Source of the DNA: Candidatus Eiseniibacteriota bacterium
GTDB taxonomy: Bacteria > Eisenbacteria > RBG-16-71-46
Length of the DNA stretch: 64,000 bases
NCBI GenBank assembly: GCA_963717935.1
Contig: CAVQXP010000004.1
Location: 832,001-896,000, forward strand
Direction of reading: 5' to 3'
In this document: positions 21,225-32,250 of the stretch, in pieces
How the letters are laid out: each line of letters starts with the position of its first letter
Position numbering within the stretch: position 1 is the stretch's first letter
Translations under genes and position numbers: made by a program
The notes under the pieces: model-generated
Told to the model about the DNA's origin: nothing
What the model saw: only the letters and a program-made list of their open reading frames with translations
The model's database searches: none

Positions 21225-21971
21225 ATGAACCATCGCAATGCCAATACCCGGGCGGCCACCCCGGGGACCACGCCCGACCAGGCTCCCGGGGCCACCGCGC
21301 CCGGGGGCAACCTCGTCACCTTCGAATCGGTCCGCGACAACCCCCGGGTCAAGTCCTTCATCCGGAGCGCCGACAGCGCCCTCGAAGTGATCGGCTACAC
21401 CGAGCACGGCGAGCGGCATGTCGGCCTGGTGGCACACATCGCCTTCAACACGCTCAAGCGCCTGGGCCATTCCGACCGGGAGGCTGAGCTGGCGGCCATC
21501 GCGGGCTACCTGCACGACATCGGCAATGCGGTGAACCGCGAGGTCCACGCCCAGACCGGGGCGGTCATGGCCATGCGCATCCTCACCGACATGGGCATGC
21601 CGGACGACGAGATCGTGAAGGTCATGGGTGCGATCGGCAACCACCACGAGACCGACGGGTCGGCCATCAGCCCGGTTGCGGCCGCGGTCATCCTGGGCGA
21701 CAAGAGCGACGTGCACCGCACGCGGGTGCGCAATCCGGACATGATCAAGTTCGACGTGCACGATCGCGTGAACTACGCAGTGGAGAAGAGTTTCCTGAAC
21801 GTGGACGAGGCCAGGAAGGAGATCACCCTGGAGCTCACCATCGACACCAAGATCTCGCAGGTCATGGAGTACTTCGAGATCTTCCTGACCCGGATGCTCG
21901 CCTGCCGGAAGGCCGCCATCTTCCTGGGGATGTCCTTCGGACTGACGGTGAACGGGAATCGATTGACGTGA
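21225..21971 (+). CDS. HD domain metal-dependent phosphohydrolase
   Basis: TEHGERH, YLHDIGN, GNHHE, GDKSD. Confidence 0.88.
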   Translation: MNHRNANTRAATPGTTPDQAPGATAPGGNLVTFESVRDNPRVKSFIRSADSALEVIGYTEHGERHVGLVAHIAFNTLKRLGHSDREAELAAIAGYLHDIGNAVNREVHAQTGAVMAMRILTDMGMPDDEIVKVMGAIGNHHETDGSAISPVAAAVILGDKSDVHRTRVRNPDMIKFDVHDRVNYAVEKSFLNVDEARKEITLELTIDTKISQVMEYFEIFLTRMLACRKAAIFLGMSFGLTVNGNRLT

Positions 21972-22042
21972 GAATGCGCCGGGGATCCGGCCCGTCGAGC
22001 CCCGCATCCGCGGCGCGCCGGCGGCGAATGGAGGAGGGACCA

Positions 22043-23518
22043 GTGAGGCATCGTGCAATCACGACCGGCGCCGGCCTGGCAATGCTGGCGCTGGTGCTGG
22101 CTGGAACGGCCGAGGCGCGCAACCCCAACTGCGCGGGTGGTATCCAGTATGTCGTGCAGGCGATGCGCGACAAGGAAAAGGGCAACCTCGAGGACTACCG
22201 GCGCGAGATGCTCAAGGCGGTGGACCGGCTCACCCTGTGTTCGAGCGAGGACCCCGAGGACCTCGAGGCCCTGGCTTACCTGGGCTGGGCCTACGCCGAG
22301 ATCGACAGCGCCTGCCCGGCTGGACTGGCCTTCCAGAAGGCCATCGCGGGCCTGAAGGCGAAGGGCGACAAGAAGGTCGACTGGGCGATCAGCAATCGCG
22401 AGTCCTATTGGGCCAAGAACTTCAACGAGGGCGTCGCCAGCATCCAGGCGGGCCAGGCCGCCTGCGCCGATTTCACCAAGGAGCCCGAGGACGACGGGGA
22501 GGCGGCCCTCAAGGCGGAGGCTGCCAACAAGTACGCCGCGGCCATCGCCGCCCTCGATCGCGCCGCGTGCCTGAGGCCCGGCGATGCGCGCACTGCACGC
22601 AATCTCGGCACGGTCCACGCGCTGATGGGCGACCTGGTGAGGGCCGAGGCCATCTTCCGCGAGGGGCTGGTGGCTGCGCCCGGCGACAGCGATCTCGCCA
22701 GTTCCCTGACGCTGGTGCGCCGCCAGTACGCGGGCAAGCTGCTGGACGAGAAGCGCTACGACGAGGCCATCGGCTTCTACGATGAGCTGCTGAAGGGCAG
22801 CCCGGACGACGCGGACCTGCGTACCGGTCTGGGGGACGCCTATTTCAAGCGGGCCTTCGCGCGCGAGGGCGAGGCCCGCAGGGCGGACTACAGGAGCGCG
22901 GGCGACCAGTACGACAAGGCGGCGCGGATCAAGGAGGGAGAGGCCGATCTGCTCTTCAACGCGGCCCTCGCCTACCAGAACGGGGGCGACTTCGCGTCGG
23001 CCGAGACCGATTGGCGGGACTTCCTCAAGATCAAGCCCGATGACACCGACGCCATGTCGGCCCTCGGCTCCACGCTGGCCGAGTTGAAGAAGTTCGACGA
23101 GGCCGCGGCCGTGCTGCACAAGGCGGTGAACCTGAAGCCCCGCGAGAAGAATCTCCACCGGCAGTTGGGCGGTGTCTACGCGCGGGCCGACAACCAGCCC
23201 AAGTCCTACGAGGAGATGGTGGTCTACATCTCGCTCGAGCGCGGCACGCCGGCCGAGAACGCGGCCGATGCGGCGAAGAAGGCGCCCGCCAACAGTGACG
23301 CGGCGAAGACCCTGGCCTCGCTGGGCGCTCCCGACGAGCTGCGCTACTGGGAGGCCGACGGCCAGAAGTACGAGACCTGGATCTACTGGGGCAAGAACGT
23401 GGCCTACACGATGCGGGCCGGACAGCAGGTCGCCAAGTCCGACTGGGGCGCGCCCCCGCCGAAGCTCTCGAAGCCGGCGCCGGCCGTTCCGACCAAGGCC
23501 GCGGGAAAGCGGAAGTAG
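22043..23518 (+). CDS. Secreted tetratricopeptide repeat protein
   Basis: GGAGGAG RBS, signal peptide ending AEA, multiple TPR-like helical repeats. Confidence 0.82.
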   Translation: MRHRAITTGAGLAMLALVLAGTAEARNPNCAGGIQYVVQAMRDKEKGNLEDYRREMLKAVDRLTLCSSEDPEDLEALAYLGWAYAEIDSACPAGLAFQKAIAGLKAKGDKKVDWAISNRESYWAKNFNEGVASIQAGQAACADFTKEPEDDGEAALKAEAANKYAAAIAALDRAACLRPGDARTARNLGTVHALMGDLVRAEAIFREGLVAAPGDSDLASSLTLVRRQYAGKLLDEKRYDEAIGFYDELLKGSPDDADLRTGLGDAYFKRAFAREGEARRADYRSAGDQYDKAARIKEGEADLLFNAALAYQNGGDFASAETDWRDFLKIKPDDTDAMSALGSTLAELKKFDEAAAVLHKAVNLKPREKNLHRQLGGVYARADNQPKSYEEMVVYISLERGTPAENAADAAKKAPANSDAAKTLASLGAPDELRYWEADGQKYETWIYWGKNVAYTMRAGQQVAKSDWGAPPPKLSKPAPAVPTKAAGKRK

Positions 23519-23570
23519 GCAAGGCTCTCCCACCGGGGAGTGCCCACGGAACCCAGCAGGTCCATGAACT

Positions 23571-23621
23571 GAAACCACGGCCGGTCCGGCGGGTCGATCC
23601 CCCGGGACCGGCCGTGGTTTC
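23571..23621. terminator. 17-bp perfect inverted repeat upstream of ilvC
   Basis: GAAACCACGGCCGGTCC ... GGACCGGCCGTGGTTTC. Confidence 0.5.
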
Positions 23622-23639
23622 GACGGGAGGCATGAGGCG

Positions 23640-24590
23640 ATGACGATCCGGCTGGCCGAGCGGACGATCGCCGTGCTGGGGTTCGGCAACCAGGGCGAGG
23701 CGCACGCGCTGAACCTGCGGGATGCCGGACTCGAGGTCGTGGTCGGCGCCCGGGCGGGAGGTGGAGCCGAGGCCCGCTCTCGAGCGCTCGGCTTCCCCAC
23801 GCTCGATCTGCCCGGGGCGGCGAGCCGCGCGGCGGTCGTGGTGTTGCTGCTGCCCGACGAGGTCCTGCCCGCGGTCTGGCCCGCCGTGGCGCCCGCGCTC
23901 GCGCCGGGCACGGCGCTGGTCTTCGCCCACGGCTACAACCTGGTCTACTCGACGCTCGCCTTCCCCGAGCGTGGCGACGTGGTGCTGGTCTCGCCGACCG
24001 CCCCGGGGCGCGTGTTGCGGGCGATGCGGGAGCGGGGCGAGGACCTGCCCGGCTACCTCGCGGTCCACCTCGACCGCAGCGGTGCGGCCTGGGACCTCGC
24101 CGCGGAGTACGCCGAGCGGCTGGGGTGTGCCCCGGTGTGGCGGACGACCGTGCGCGAGGAGACCGAGGTGGACCTCTTCGGCGAGCAGGCGGTGCTGTGC
24201 GGTGGACTCCACGGCCTGCTGACCACGGCCTTCGAGGTCCTGGTCGAGAAGGGCTACGCGCCGGAGATGGCCTACCTCGAGTGCATCCACCAGCTCAAGT
24301 ACCTGGCCGAGTTGCTGCACGAGCGGGGCCTGGCGGGCGCCCGGCGCTCCATCAGCGCCACGGCGCTCTACGGCGACCTCACCCGGGGCCACCGGGTGGT
24401 GAGCGAAGCCACGCGCGTCGAGATGCGGGCCCTGCTCGAGGAGATCCGTGACGGCACGTTCGCGCGCGAATGGGCCGGGGAGGTGGCGAAGGGGAAGGTC
24501 TGGCTGCGGGAGCGGGTCGAGCAGGCGGCGGGACATCCGCTCGAGGAGGCCAGGCGGCGGGTGCTCGCGGCGGGCGAGGAGCGCCCCTGA
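23640..24590 (+). CDS. ilvC: Ketol-acid reductoisomerase
   Basis: VLGFGNQGEAHALNLRDAG, LLPDE, FAHGYN, ETEVDLFGEQAVLCGG, EMAYLEC, SATALYG. Confidence 0.92.
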   Translation: MTIRLAERTIAVLGFGNQGEAHALNLRDAGLEVVVGARAGGGAEARSRALGFPTLDLPGAASRAAVVVLLLPDEVLPAVWPAVAPALAPGTALVFAHGYNLVYSTLAFPERGDVVLVSPTAPGRVLRAMRERGEDLPGYLAVHLDRSGAAWDLAAEYAERLGCAPVWRTTVREETEVDLFGEQAVLCGGLHGLLTTAFEVLVEKGYAPEMAYLECIHQLKYLAELLHERGLAGARRSISATALYGDLTRGHRVVSEATRVEMRALLEEIRDGTFAREWAGEVAKGKVWLRERVEQAAGHPLEEARRRVLAAGEERP

Positions 24591-24628
24591 GATCGGGCGA
24601 ATCGCGCAACGCCTTGCGCAAAAACCGA

Positions 24629-24658
24629 TTGACAGGCTTTGCCCCGGGTTGCTAGCCT
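24629..24658 (+). promoter_or_regulatory. Sigma70 promoter TTGACA-N18-TAGCCT with upstream A-tract
   Basis: Consensus -35 upstream of HU gene. Confidence 0.6.
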
Positions 24659-24719
24659 GCATCTCGGATGCTGCTGCCGACCCCGATGGTGCTGGTCCGG
24701 GTGGCGTGAGGAGGACGAG

Positions 24720-24998
24720 ATGACCAAGGCGGATATCGTCGATCAGATCGCGGAGCGCACGGGCCTCACCAAGAAGGACGTGGCTGAGACCGTGGACCAT
24801 TTCCTGAACGCGGTGGCGCGAGCGCTTTCCACGGGTCACCACATCGAGATCCGCGGATTCGGTACGTTCCGGGTGAAGGACCGCAAACAGCGGATCGCCC
24901 GTAATCCGCGCACCGGTGAGGCCGTTCCGGTCCCTCCGCGCAAGGTCCCGGTGTTCAAGGTGTCGAAGGAACTCAAGGACATGGTGGCACAGGGCTAG
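24720..24998 (+). CDS. HU/IHF family DNA-binding protein
   Basis: MTKADIV, IEIRGFGTF, ARNPRTGE, PVFKVSKELK; GAGGAGG RBS. Confidence 0.95.
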   Translation: MTKADIVDQIAERTGLTKKDVAETVDHFLNAVARALSTGHHIEIRGFGTFRVKDRKQRIARNPRTGEAVPVPPRKVPVFKVSKELKDMVAQG

Positions 24999-25043
24999 CC
25001 AGCCCGCGTCCGGGTAGCACCGCGACACGGTCGCTGCGGCACT

Positions 25044-25095
25044 GGCGCAAAGACGGCGGGCGGGAGCCGGGGCTCCCGCCCGCCGTCCTTGCGCC
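25044..25095. terminator. Long GC-rich hairpin between convergent HU and peptidase genes
   Basis: GGCGCAA-A-GACGGCGGGCGGGAGCC..GGCTCCCGCCCGCCGTC-C-TTGCGCC. Confidence 0.65.
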
Positions 25096-25106
25096 CGGAT
25101 GGGACG

Positions 25107-25802
25107 CTAGCGCCGGCTGTTGCGGAGCAGCACCAGCCTCAGCAGTTGGAGCGCGGCCATGGCGGCGGCCGCCACGTAGGTGAGGGCCGCGGCGTCCAGC
25201 ACCTTCTTCGCGCCCGCCACCTCCTGCGGGGCGATGGCCCCGGTCTCGGTCAACTGCGCGAGCGCGCGCTTGGAGGCGTTGAATTCCACCGGCAGCGTGA
25301 CGAGCTGGAAGAGCACCGCGCCCGAGAAGAACAGGATGCCCAGGTCCATGAAGAACAGCGACATGCTCGAGCGGAAGAACAGGCCGATCAGGAACAGCGG
25401 GAACGCCAGGGTGCTGGCGAAGCCCGCCACCGGCGCGATGGCCGAGCGGATCCCGAGCGGCGCGTAGCCGGTCGCGTGCTGGAGCGCGTGGCCCACCTCG
25501 TGCGCGGCCACCGCGATCGCGGCCAGCGAGTCGCCACCGTAGTTGTTGACGGACAGCCGCACCTTCCTCACGCGCGGGTCGTAGTGGTCGGTCAGGACTC
25601 CGTCCACCTGCTCGATGCCCACGTCGGCGAGGCCGTTGCGCGTCATGATCGAGCGCGCCATCTCGCGGCCGGTCATGCCGTTCGCCGCGCGCACCTGGGA
25701 CATCTTCTTGTAGGTGCTCTGCACCTTCCACTGCGCCCAGAAGGCGAAGATCATCGCCGGGATGAGCAGGATGAAGGTCGGGTCGAAGCCCATGAAGAAC
25801 AT
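25107..25802 (-). CDS. Putative neutral zinc metallopeptidase (YugP-like membrane protein)
   Basis: LTDHYDP, AAHEVGHALQH (HEXXH), TLPVEFNAS, AAALTYVAA. Confidence 0.9.
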   Translation of the reverse strand: MFFMGFDPTFILLIPAMIFAFWAQWKVQSTYKKMSQVRAANGMTGREMARSIMTRNGLADVGIEQVDGVLTDHYDPRVRKVRLSVNNYGGDSLAAIAVAAHEVGHALQHATGYAPLGIRSAIAPVAGFASTLAFPLFLIGLFFRSSMSLFFMDLGILFFSGAVLFQLVTLPVEFNASKRALAQLTETGAIAPQEVAGAKKVLDAAALTYVAAAAMAALQLLRLVLLRNSRR

Positions 25803-26093
25803 CGTCTCGATCACTCCTTCGCCGGTCGCGCCGGGGGTCGAGTCGGCCTCTTGAGTGGCGCCGCGGTCCCGCCGGAATCGGCGGGCGGCGAGGCTCGGCC
25901 CGGGGACCGTTCACACCGATGAGATGGCATCGGGGCGGGCGGGTTGTCAAGCCGCTGCAAGACCGGCCGCGAGCCCCCGCTGCGGGCGGCACCAGGCGCG
26001 CCAGCCGGCGGGTTTCCCGCCGCTCGGGGCTTCCCCTACACTGCCGCTCCGGAAGCCGTCGTCCAGCCCGTGGAACCCGAGCGAAGGCCCGCC

Positions 26094-27134
26094 ATGAGTC
26101 CAGCCGAGCCCACCGTCGATCTGCGCAGCGACACCGTGACCCGCCCGACCCCGGCCATGCGCCGGGCGATGATGGACGCCGAGGTCGGCGACGACGTGTT
26201 CGGCGACGACCCCACCGTGCAGGCGCTCGAACGCCGCGTCGCGGAGCTGGCGGGGAAGGAAGCGGCGCTCTACGTGCCCAGCGGCACGATGGGCAACCAG
26301 GTGGCCCTCAAGTGCCACACCGAGCCGGGCGACGAGGTGCTGCTCGAACCGGAGTCGCACATCTTCCTCTACGAGCAGGGCGGGCTGGGGGCGAACTCGG
26401 GCTGCCTGGCGCACCTCGTCCCGGGGGAGCGCGGCGCGATCGCGCCCGAGCGGGTGGCGGCCGCGGTGCGCGACCCGGTGGACGACCACGTGGCGCGCGT
26501 GCGCCTGGTGTGCCTGGAGAACACCCACAACCGCCAGGGCGGCGTGATCGTGCCGCTCGAGCGGTTGCAGGCCGTGGCCGCGGTGGCGCGCTCGCACGGT
26601 GTCGCCGTGCACCTCGACGGGGCACGGCTCTGGAACGCCAGCGTGGCGAGCGGTGTCCCGGTGCGCGACTGGGCCGCCACGGCCGACAGCGTGATGATGT
26701 GCTTCTCGAAGGGCCTGGGCGCGCCCGTGGGCTCCATCCTCACCGGCCCCGGCGACTTCATCCGCCGCGCGCGCCGGGTGCGCAAGCGCTGGGGCGGCGG
26801 CATGCGGCAGGTCGGCATCCTGGCCGCGGCGTGCCTGCACGCGCTCGATCACCACCTCGAGCGGCTGGCCGAGGACCACCGCCGCGCGAAGGCGCTGGCG
26901 GCCGGGTTCGCGCAGGTGCCGGGGGTGCGGGTCATCGAGCCGGAGACGAACATCGTCATCGTCACGCTGGAGCGTCCGGCGCTCGAGCCGGCCGCGGTGC
27001 TGCGCGCGCTCGAGGCGCGCGGCGTGCGCATGGTGTCCTTCGGCACGCGGCGGTTGCGCGCGATCACGCACCTCGACGTGGACGATGCCGGCGTCGAGCG
27101 GGCCGTGGCGGCGTTCCGGGCAGCCGTGGGCTAG
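26094..27134 (+). CDS. ltaE: Low-specificity L-threonine aldolase
   Basis: [54 protein letters not shown]. Confidence 0.93.
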   Translation: MSPAEPTVDLRSDTVTRPTPAMRRAMMDAEVGDDVFGDDPTVQALERRVAELAGKEAALYVPSGTMGNQVALKCHTEPGDEVLLEPESHIFLYEQGGLGANSGCLAHLVPGERGAIAPERVAAAVRDPVDDHVARVRLVCLENTHNRQGGVIVPLERLQAVAAVARSHGVAVHLDGARLWNASVASGVPVRDWAATADSVMMCFSKGLGAPVGSILTGPGDFIRRARRVRKRWGGGMRQVGILAAACLHALDHHLERLAEDHRRAKALAAGFAQVPGVRVIEPETNIVIVTLERPALEPAAVLRALEARGVRMVSFGTRRLRAITHLDVDDAGVERAVAAFRAAVG

Positions 27135-27138
27135 AGGC

Positions 27139-29253
27139 TCAGGGCTGCGGTCGCGATCTCGCGGGAGACCCGGGAGCCGACGCGGCGCCGCCCTCGATCA
27201 GGGCCCGGAGGACCCCCGCGAGCTGGGCGGCCTCGCGTGCGCCCGGTGCTGCGGCCTCGATCTCGCGGAGCGCGCGGACGGCTTCCTGCGTGCGACCCTG
27301 TCTCCACAGGCAGCGGGCGAGCCAGGTGCCCGCATGGACGTAGGTCTCCGGCTCGGTGCGTCCGAAGCGCAGTGCCAGCAGGTAGCACGCCTGGGCCTGC
27401 CGGATGAAGCCGAAGAACTCGTAGTCCAGCGCGAGGTGAAGATAGTGGGCGCCCTCCGCGCCGGTGGCCTCGCCGTCCACCGCCAGCGTGGAGTCCGGTG
27501 GCCCGGGGTCCTTGCGCGCGGCGAAGGGCTCGAGCGCCCGTGGATTGCGGTAGACGATGATCTCGGGGCCCGGGCCGCCCCGCGGCCGGAACTCCGCGAG
27601 CCGGGGCCAGCTCGCCTCGAGGTCGTCGTAGAACGCAAGCTGCGGGGCGAAGCGCTCGGGAGCCGCGCGGTAGCGGTCCCGCACCGAGCTGGTCACCACG
27701 ATGGCGTCGGCGATGGCGAAGCGCTCCGTGGAGTAGAAGCGGGCCGAACGCTCGGGCACCACCTGGAAGAGCGGCAGCTTCTGCACGGCGTAGAGCCGCG
27801 GGCGGTAGTCGCGGCGCTTGAGCTCCGCCGCCACCTCGCGCTCCACCTGCACCAGCCTGAGCGGTTCGAACAGGTCGGGCCCGTACTCCTCGCACACGAG
27901 CATGGAACCGGCGGGCAGGTTCCCCTCGATCCAGCGCTTTGCCTGCGTGCGCGTGTCCGGTCGCAGCGTGGCGAAGCGGGCCGGCAGCGCGCCCAGGAGT
28001 GGCCAGGCCACGATCGCGACCGCGGCCATGGCGGCCGGCCAGCGTCCCCGGGACGCGGGGACGGCCGCCACGACGGTCTTCAGCAGGACTGCGGCCGCGA
28101 CCAGCCCGAGCGGGATGAGCGGCACCACGTAGCGGTCGGCCATCATCTGCCACGACCCCACGATGGCCAGATAGGGAAGCGCGAAAGCGGCCAGGTTCTG
28201 GGCCCAGTGTTGACGGCGGACCAGGCCCAGCGCGAGGCCCGCCAGGCCGGCGATGCCGAGGGGCCAGCCCATCACGCTCCCGAACCAGTCGCGCGCATAG
28301 GCGAGCCACGAAGGGCCTCCGGCCAGTCCGAAGTGCCCGAGCGCCATGTGCTGGCCCTCGATCTGGAGGTCCTTCAGGGCGGCGTGGAAGTCGAGCACCA
28401 GGAACGGCGACGTGACGAGGAGCGCGGCGACGAGAGCGCAACCGAAGGCGGACGTCAGCGCCAGGCGGCGCACGCGCGGCGCCGGGAACCCGACTGCCGG
28501 CCCGGGATGCGCCGCGGCCTTTCCCGTGCGGCGCGGCCGCTTCGAGCCCGGGGGGATCCGGGTCGGGCGCGACCCTTCGGCCCGGGATGGACGCGAGGCC
28601 CAGATCGCGAGCAGGGCAGGCGCCACCAGCACGAGCCCCGTGTACTTGCACGACGTCGCGAGTCCCGCGACCAACCCCGCGACCACCGCCGAGCGCGCGG
28701 TCGGATGCCGCCGCAGTCCGTCCGAGAGCAGGAGCCCCCAGGTGATGAAGAACGTGAGCGGGACGTCCACCTCGACGACCTGCGACTTGGCGATCAGGGT
28801 CGGGTGGAGGGCCAGGATCAGCACCGTGAATGCCGCCCAGCGCGGTCCCGCGATCCGTCGGGCGAGGGCCCAGGCCGGCAGCAGGGTGAGCACCCCGAAG
28901 GCCGTCGTGATCGCGCGCGCCGTCACGAGGAACGGACTCGGGTCCATCAGGTGGAGGGCGTAGAGCCCCGCCGCGGAGCCGACGGCGCCCGTCACGCGCA
29001 GGAGTCCGAACAGGAGCGCCTGGCCCAGGAACTGCAAGTAGATGACCAGGCTCGGGTACTTGAAGAAGTGGGGGTTCGGATCGAAGTGGCGGAAGGGACC
29101 CCAGCCCCACAGGTCCCATGCCCTCCAGAAGGGTATGGCCTCCTCGAACACGCCGGGCAGGCCCCAGGACAGCAGCGGGATCCGCACCGCGAGCGCCAGG
29201 ACGACGGCGCCCGCGAGGACCGCGCGCTCCCACCGGCGGTTCACGGGATTCAT
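27139..29253 (-). CDS. GT39/ArnT-like membrane glycosyltransferase with C-terminal TPR-like region
   Basis: EEA..DPNPHFFKYPSL, DVPLTFF, ATSCKYTG, SPFLVLD, DRYVVPL, PDTRTQAKRWI. Confidence 0.8.
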   Translation of the reverse strand: MNPVNRRWERAVLAGAVVLALAVRIPLLSWGLPGVFEEAIPFWRAWDLWGWGPFRHFDPNPHFFKYPSLVIYLQFLGQALLFGLLRVTGAVGSAAGLYALHLMDPSPFLVTARAITTAFGVLTLLPAWALARRIAGPRWAAFTVLILALHPTLIAKSQVVEVDVPLTFFITWGLLLSDGLRRHPTARSAVVAGLVAGLATSCKYTGLVLVAPALLAIWASRPSRAEGSRPTRIPPGSKRPRRTGKAAAHPGPAVGFPAPRVRRLALTSAFGCALVAALLVTSPFLVLDFHAALKDLQIEGQHMALGHFGLAGGPSWLAYARDWFGSVMGWPLGIAGLAGLALGLVRRQHWAQNLAAFALPYLAIVGSWQMMADRYVVPLIPLGLVAAAVLLKTVVAAVPASRGRWPAAMAAVAIVAWPLLGALPARFATLRPDTRTQAKRWIEGNLPAGSMLVCEEYGPDLFEPLRLVQVEREVAAELKRRDYRPRLYAVQKLPLFQVVPERSARFYSTERFAIADAIVVTSSVRDRYRAAPERFAPQLAFYDDLEASWPRLAEFRPRGGPGPEIIVYRNPRALEPFAARKDPGPPDSTLAVDGEATGAEGAHYLHLALDYEFFGFIRQAQACYLLALRFGRTEPETYVHAGTWLARCLWRQGRTQEAVRALREIEAAAPGAREAAQLAGVLRALIEGGAASAPGSPARSRPQP

Positions 29254-29499
29254 GATCGAACCAAGCCCTCCAGGCGCCGGGCGGAGGCGGCCTTGGCCAC
29301 GGGTCAGAGCGGACCCGGAACGCGGTCCGGCGGCTCGGCGGGGCAGTCTAGCATGGCCCCTCGACGCCGCGTTGCCGCGGCGAGCGCCGCGCGGAGGCGC
29401 CGGCCCCGTTCGCGCGGCCGGCTGCCGGTGGACGCCCCCCCGGCCCCGTGCTAGTTTGCGGCGGTTTCAGCAGGTGGGCCCGCGCCCGGGAAAGAACGA

Positions 29500-30216
29500 G
29501 TGACCGAAGCCACCGCCCCGATGGGGACGCTGTACCTCGTGGCCACGCCGATCGGCAACCTCGAGGACATCACGCACCGTGCCCTGCGCATCCTCTCCGA
29601 GGTGGATCTCGTGGCGGCCGAAGACACGCGCCACACGCGGCGGTTGCTCGAGCACTTTGGCATCTCCGTCCCGGTGTCGAGCCTGTTCGAGCACAACGAG
29701 CGCACGCGTGTCCCGGGGCTCGTCCGGAAGCTGAAGGAGGGCCTCTCGGTCGCCCTGGTGACCGACGCCGGCTCGCCCGGGGTGGCCGACCCGGGGTTCC
29801 CGCTGGTGCGGGCGGCGGTGGCGGAGGGCCTGCGGGTGGAGAGCATCCCGGGGCCGAGCGCGGCGATCGCGGCGCTGCAGGTGAGCGGGCTGCCGACCGA
29901 CGCCTTCACGTTCGTGGGTTTTCTGCCGGTCAAGCCGGGGGCGCGGCGCCGCCGGCTGGAGGAGCTGCACGAGCGGCGCGAGACCGTGGTGGCGTTCGAG
30001 TCGCCCCACCGCATCGACGCCAGCCTCGCGGACCTCGAGGCGATCTGGGGCGAGCGCCCCGTCGCGCTGGCCCGGGAGCTGACCAAGACGTTCGAAGAGG
30101 TGCTGCGGGGCACGGCGCACGAGGTGCGCGCGGCGCTCACGCCGGAGAGGAGACGGGGCGAGATGGTGCTGGTGCTGGGTGGGCGCGTGCGCGGGGAAGG
30201 CGGGCCGGAGGCGTGA
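29500..30216 (+). CDS. rsmI: 16S rRNA (cytidine1402-2'-O)-methyltransferase
   Basis: LYLVATPIGNLEDIT, AAEDTR, DAGSPGVADPG, FESPHR, RELTKTFEE. Confidence 0.95.
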   Translation: MTEATAPMGTLYLVATPIGNLEDITHRALRILSEVDLVAAEDTRHTRRLLEHFGISVPVSSLFEHNERTRVPGLVRKLKEGLSVALVTDAGSPGVADPGFPLVRAAVAEGLRVESIPGPSAAIAALQVSGLPTDAFTFVGFLPVKPGARRRRLEELHERRETVVAFESPHRIDASLADLEAIWGERPVALARELTKTFEEVLRGTAHEVRAALTPERRRGEMVLVLGGRVRGEGGPEA

Positions 30217-30944
30217 ACGAGACGCCGGACACGGCCGCGCCGGGAGCGACCCCGGGGCGCGTGGCGCGGATCAAGCGCCAGTTGCAGGAGGGCGCGCGCA
30301 CGGCGGTGGAGCCGCTCGTGACGCTGCTCTCCCGGCTGGGCGTGTGCGCCGACCACCTCACGGTCGCCGGGCTCGTGTTGAGCGCTCTCTCCGGGCTCGC
30401 GTTCTTCGAGGGCCACACGCGCACCGGCGCGCTCCTGCTGATGCTCGCGGGTCTGTGCGACATCCTCGACGGCGAGCTGGCCCGCCGCGCCGGCCTGGCG
30501 TCCCGCTTCGGGGCCTTCCTGGATTCGACCCTCGACCGGCTGTCCGAGGCCCTCGTGCTGCTCGGCATCCTCGGCTTCTATCTGCGCAACCTGCTCGCGC
30601 TCGTGCTGCATCCGGAGCGGGCGCTGCTGCAGATCAGCACCGGGCTCGATCCGCTCACCTGGGCGGTGGTGGCCTTCACGGCCGCGCTGGCGCTGGTCGG
30701 TTCGTTCATGGTGTCGTACACGCGGGCACGGGCCGAAGGGCTCGGGCTCGACTGCAAGGTCGGATGGTTCGAGCGTCCCGAGCGCCTGGTGCTGCTCATC
30801 GTGGCGGGGCTGCTCAGGGTCTTCTGGGCGATGTCGGCGGCCCTGTTGCTGCTCGCCGTCCTCTCGTTCGCCACCGCGGCGCAACGCGTGGCGCATGTGC
30901 ACAGGAATACCCGCCGCGCGGGCATGGATCAGCTAGGAGGCTAG
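30213..30944 (+). CDS. CDP-alcohol phosphatidyltransferase (probable phosphatidylinositol-phosphate synthase type)
   Basis: [10 protein letters not shown]...[10 protein letters not shown] motif, [17 protein letters not shown]; adjacent to ino1. Confidence 0.88.
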   Translation: MNETPDTAAPGATPGRVARIKRQLQEGARTAVEPLVTLLSRLGVCADHLTVAGLVLSALSGLAFFEGHTRTGALLLMLAGLCDILDGELARRAGLASRFGAFLDSTLDRLSEALVLLGILGFYLRNLLALVLHPERALLQISTGLDPLTWAVVAFTAALALVGSFMVSYTRARAEGLGLDCKVGWFERPERLVLLIVAGLLRVFWAMSAALLLLAVLSFATAAQRVAHVHRNTRRAGMDQLGG

Positions 30945-30948
30945 GCTC

Positions 30949-32250
30949 ATGGGCAAGGTTCGGGTGGCGATCATCGGCGTGGGCAACTGCGCTTCATCCT
31001 TCGTGCAGGGGCTGCACTACTACAGGAACGCGAAGGAGAGCGAACGCGTTCCGGGGATCATGCACGTCAACCTCGGCGGCTACCACATCCGGGACGTCGA
31101 GATCGTCGCGGCCATCGACATCGACAAGAACAAGGTGGGCAAGGACGTCTCCGAGGCCATCGTCACCTGGCCGAACAACACCTTCGTCTTCGCCAAGGTG
31201 CCGAAGACCGGCGTCGTCGTGCAGCGCGGCATGACCCACGACGGGCTCGGCAAGTACCTCTCGAAGATCATCCAGAAGGCGCCGGGCTCCACGGTGGACA
31301 TCGTGAAACTGCTCAAGGACACGCGCGCCGACGTGGTGGTGAACTACCTGCCGGTGGGCTCCGAAGAGGCCACCAAGTGGTACGTCGAGCAGGTGCTCGA
31401 GGCCGGCTGCGCGTTCGTCAACTGCATCCCCGTGTTCATCGCCCGCGAGCGCTACTGGCAGGAGCGCTTCGAGAAGCGCGGGCTGCCGGTGATCGGCGAC
31501 GACATCAAGTCGCAGGTCGGCGCCACCATCACGCACCGCGTGCTGTCGCGGCTCTTCGTCGAGCGCGGCGTGCGCATCGACCGCACGTACCAGCTCAACT
31601 TCGGCGGCAACACCGACTTCCTCAACATGCTCGAGCGCGAGCGGCTGGAGTCGAAGAAGATCTCGAAGACCTCGGCGGTGACCAGCATCATCCCGTACCC
31701 GATCTCCGAGGACGACATCCACGTCGGCCCGAGCGACTACATCCCGTGGCTCAAGGACCGCAAGTGGTGCCACATCCGCATGGAGGGCACGACCTTCGGC
31801 GACGTGCCGCTCAACCTGGAGATGAAGCTCGAGGTGTGGGACTCGCCCAACTCCGCCGGCGTGGTGATCGACTCGGTGCGCTGCGCCAAGCTGGGCCTCG
31901 ACCACGGCCTCAAGGGCGCGCTGGTGGGCCCGTCGTCCTACTTCAAGAAGTCGCCGCCCTGGCAGTTCCCCGACGAGCTCGCGCACGGCTACACCGAGGA
32001 GTTCATCCGCGACCCGAAGTCCGACGCGGTGCTCAAGGAGCGGCTGCGGAAGGCCGGCGTGGAGCCCGCGAGGTACGTGTCCGGGGCCGGCAGGAAGGCG
32101 GCGAGGACCTCGAAGATGGTCGAGGCCGCCAGGCCGGCCGTGAAGCGCGCGAAGCCGGTGGCCCGGAAGGCCGCGGAGAAGCCGAAGGCCCGCCGCGGGC
32201 GGGTCGCGGGCCGGGCGAGGAAGAAGAAGCGCGTAGCGGAGGTCCGATGA
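30949..32250 (+). CDS. ino1: myo-inositol-3-phosphate synthase with basic C-terminal extension
   Basis: [57 protein letters not shown]. Confidence 0.94.
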   Translation: MGKVRVAIIGVGNCASSFVQGLHYYRNAKESERVPGIMHVNLGGYHIRDVEIVAAIDIDKNKVGKDVSEAIVTWPNNTFVFAKVPKTGVVVQRGMTHDGLGKYLSKIIQKAPGSTVDIVKLLKDTRADVVVNYLPVGSEEATKWYVEQVLEAGCAFVNCIPVFIARERYWQERFEKRGLPVIGDDIKSQVGATITHRVLSRLFVERGVRIDRTYQLNFGGNTDFLNMLERERLESKKISKTSAVTSIIPYPISEDDIHVGPSDYIPWLKDRKWCHIRMEGTTFGDVPLNLEMKLEVWDSPNSAGVVIDSVRCAKLGLDHGLKGALVGPSSYFKKSPPWQFPDELAHGYTEEFIRDPKSDAVLKERLRKAGVEPARYVSGAGRKAARTSKMVEAARPAVKRAKPVARKAAEKPKARRGRVAGRARKKKRVAEVR

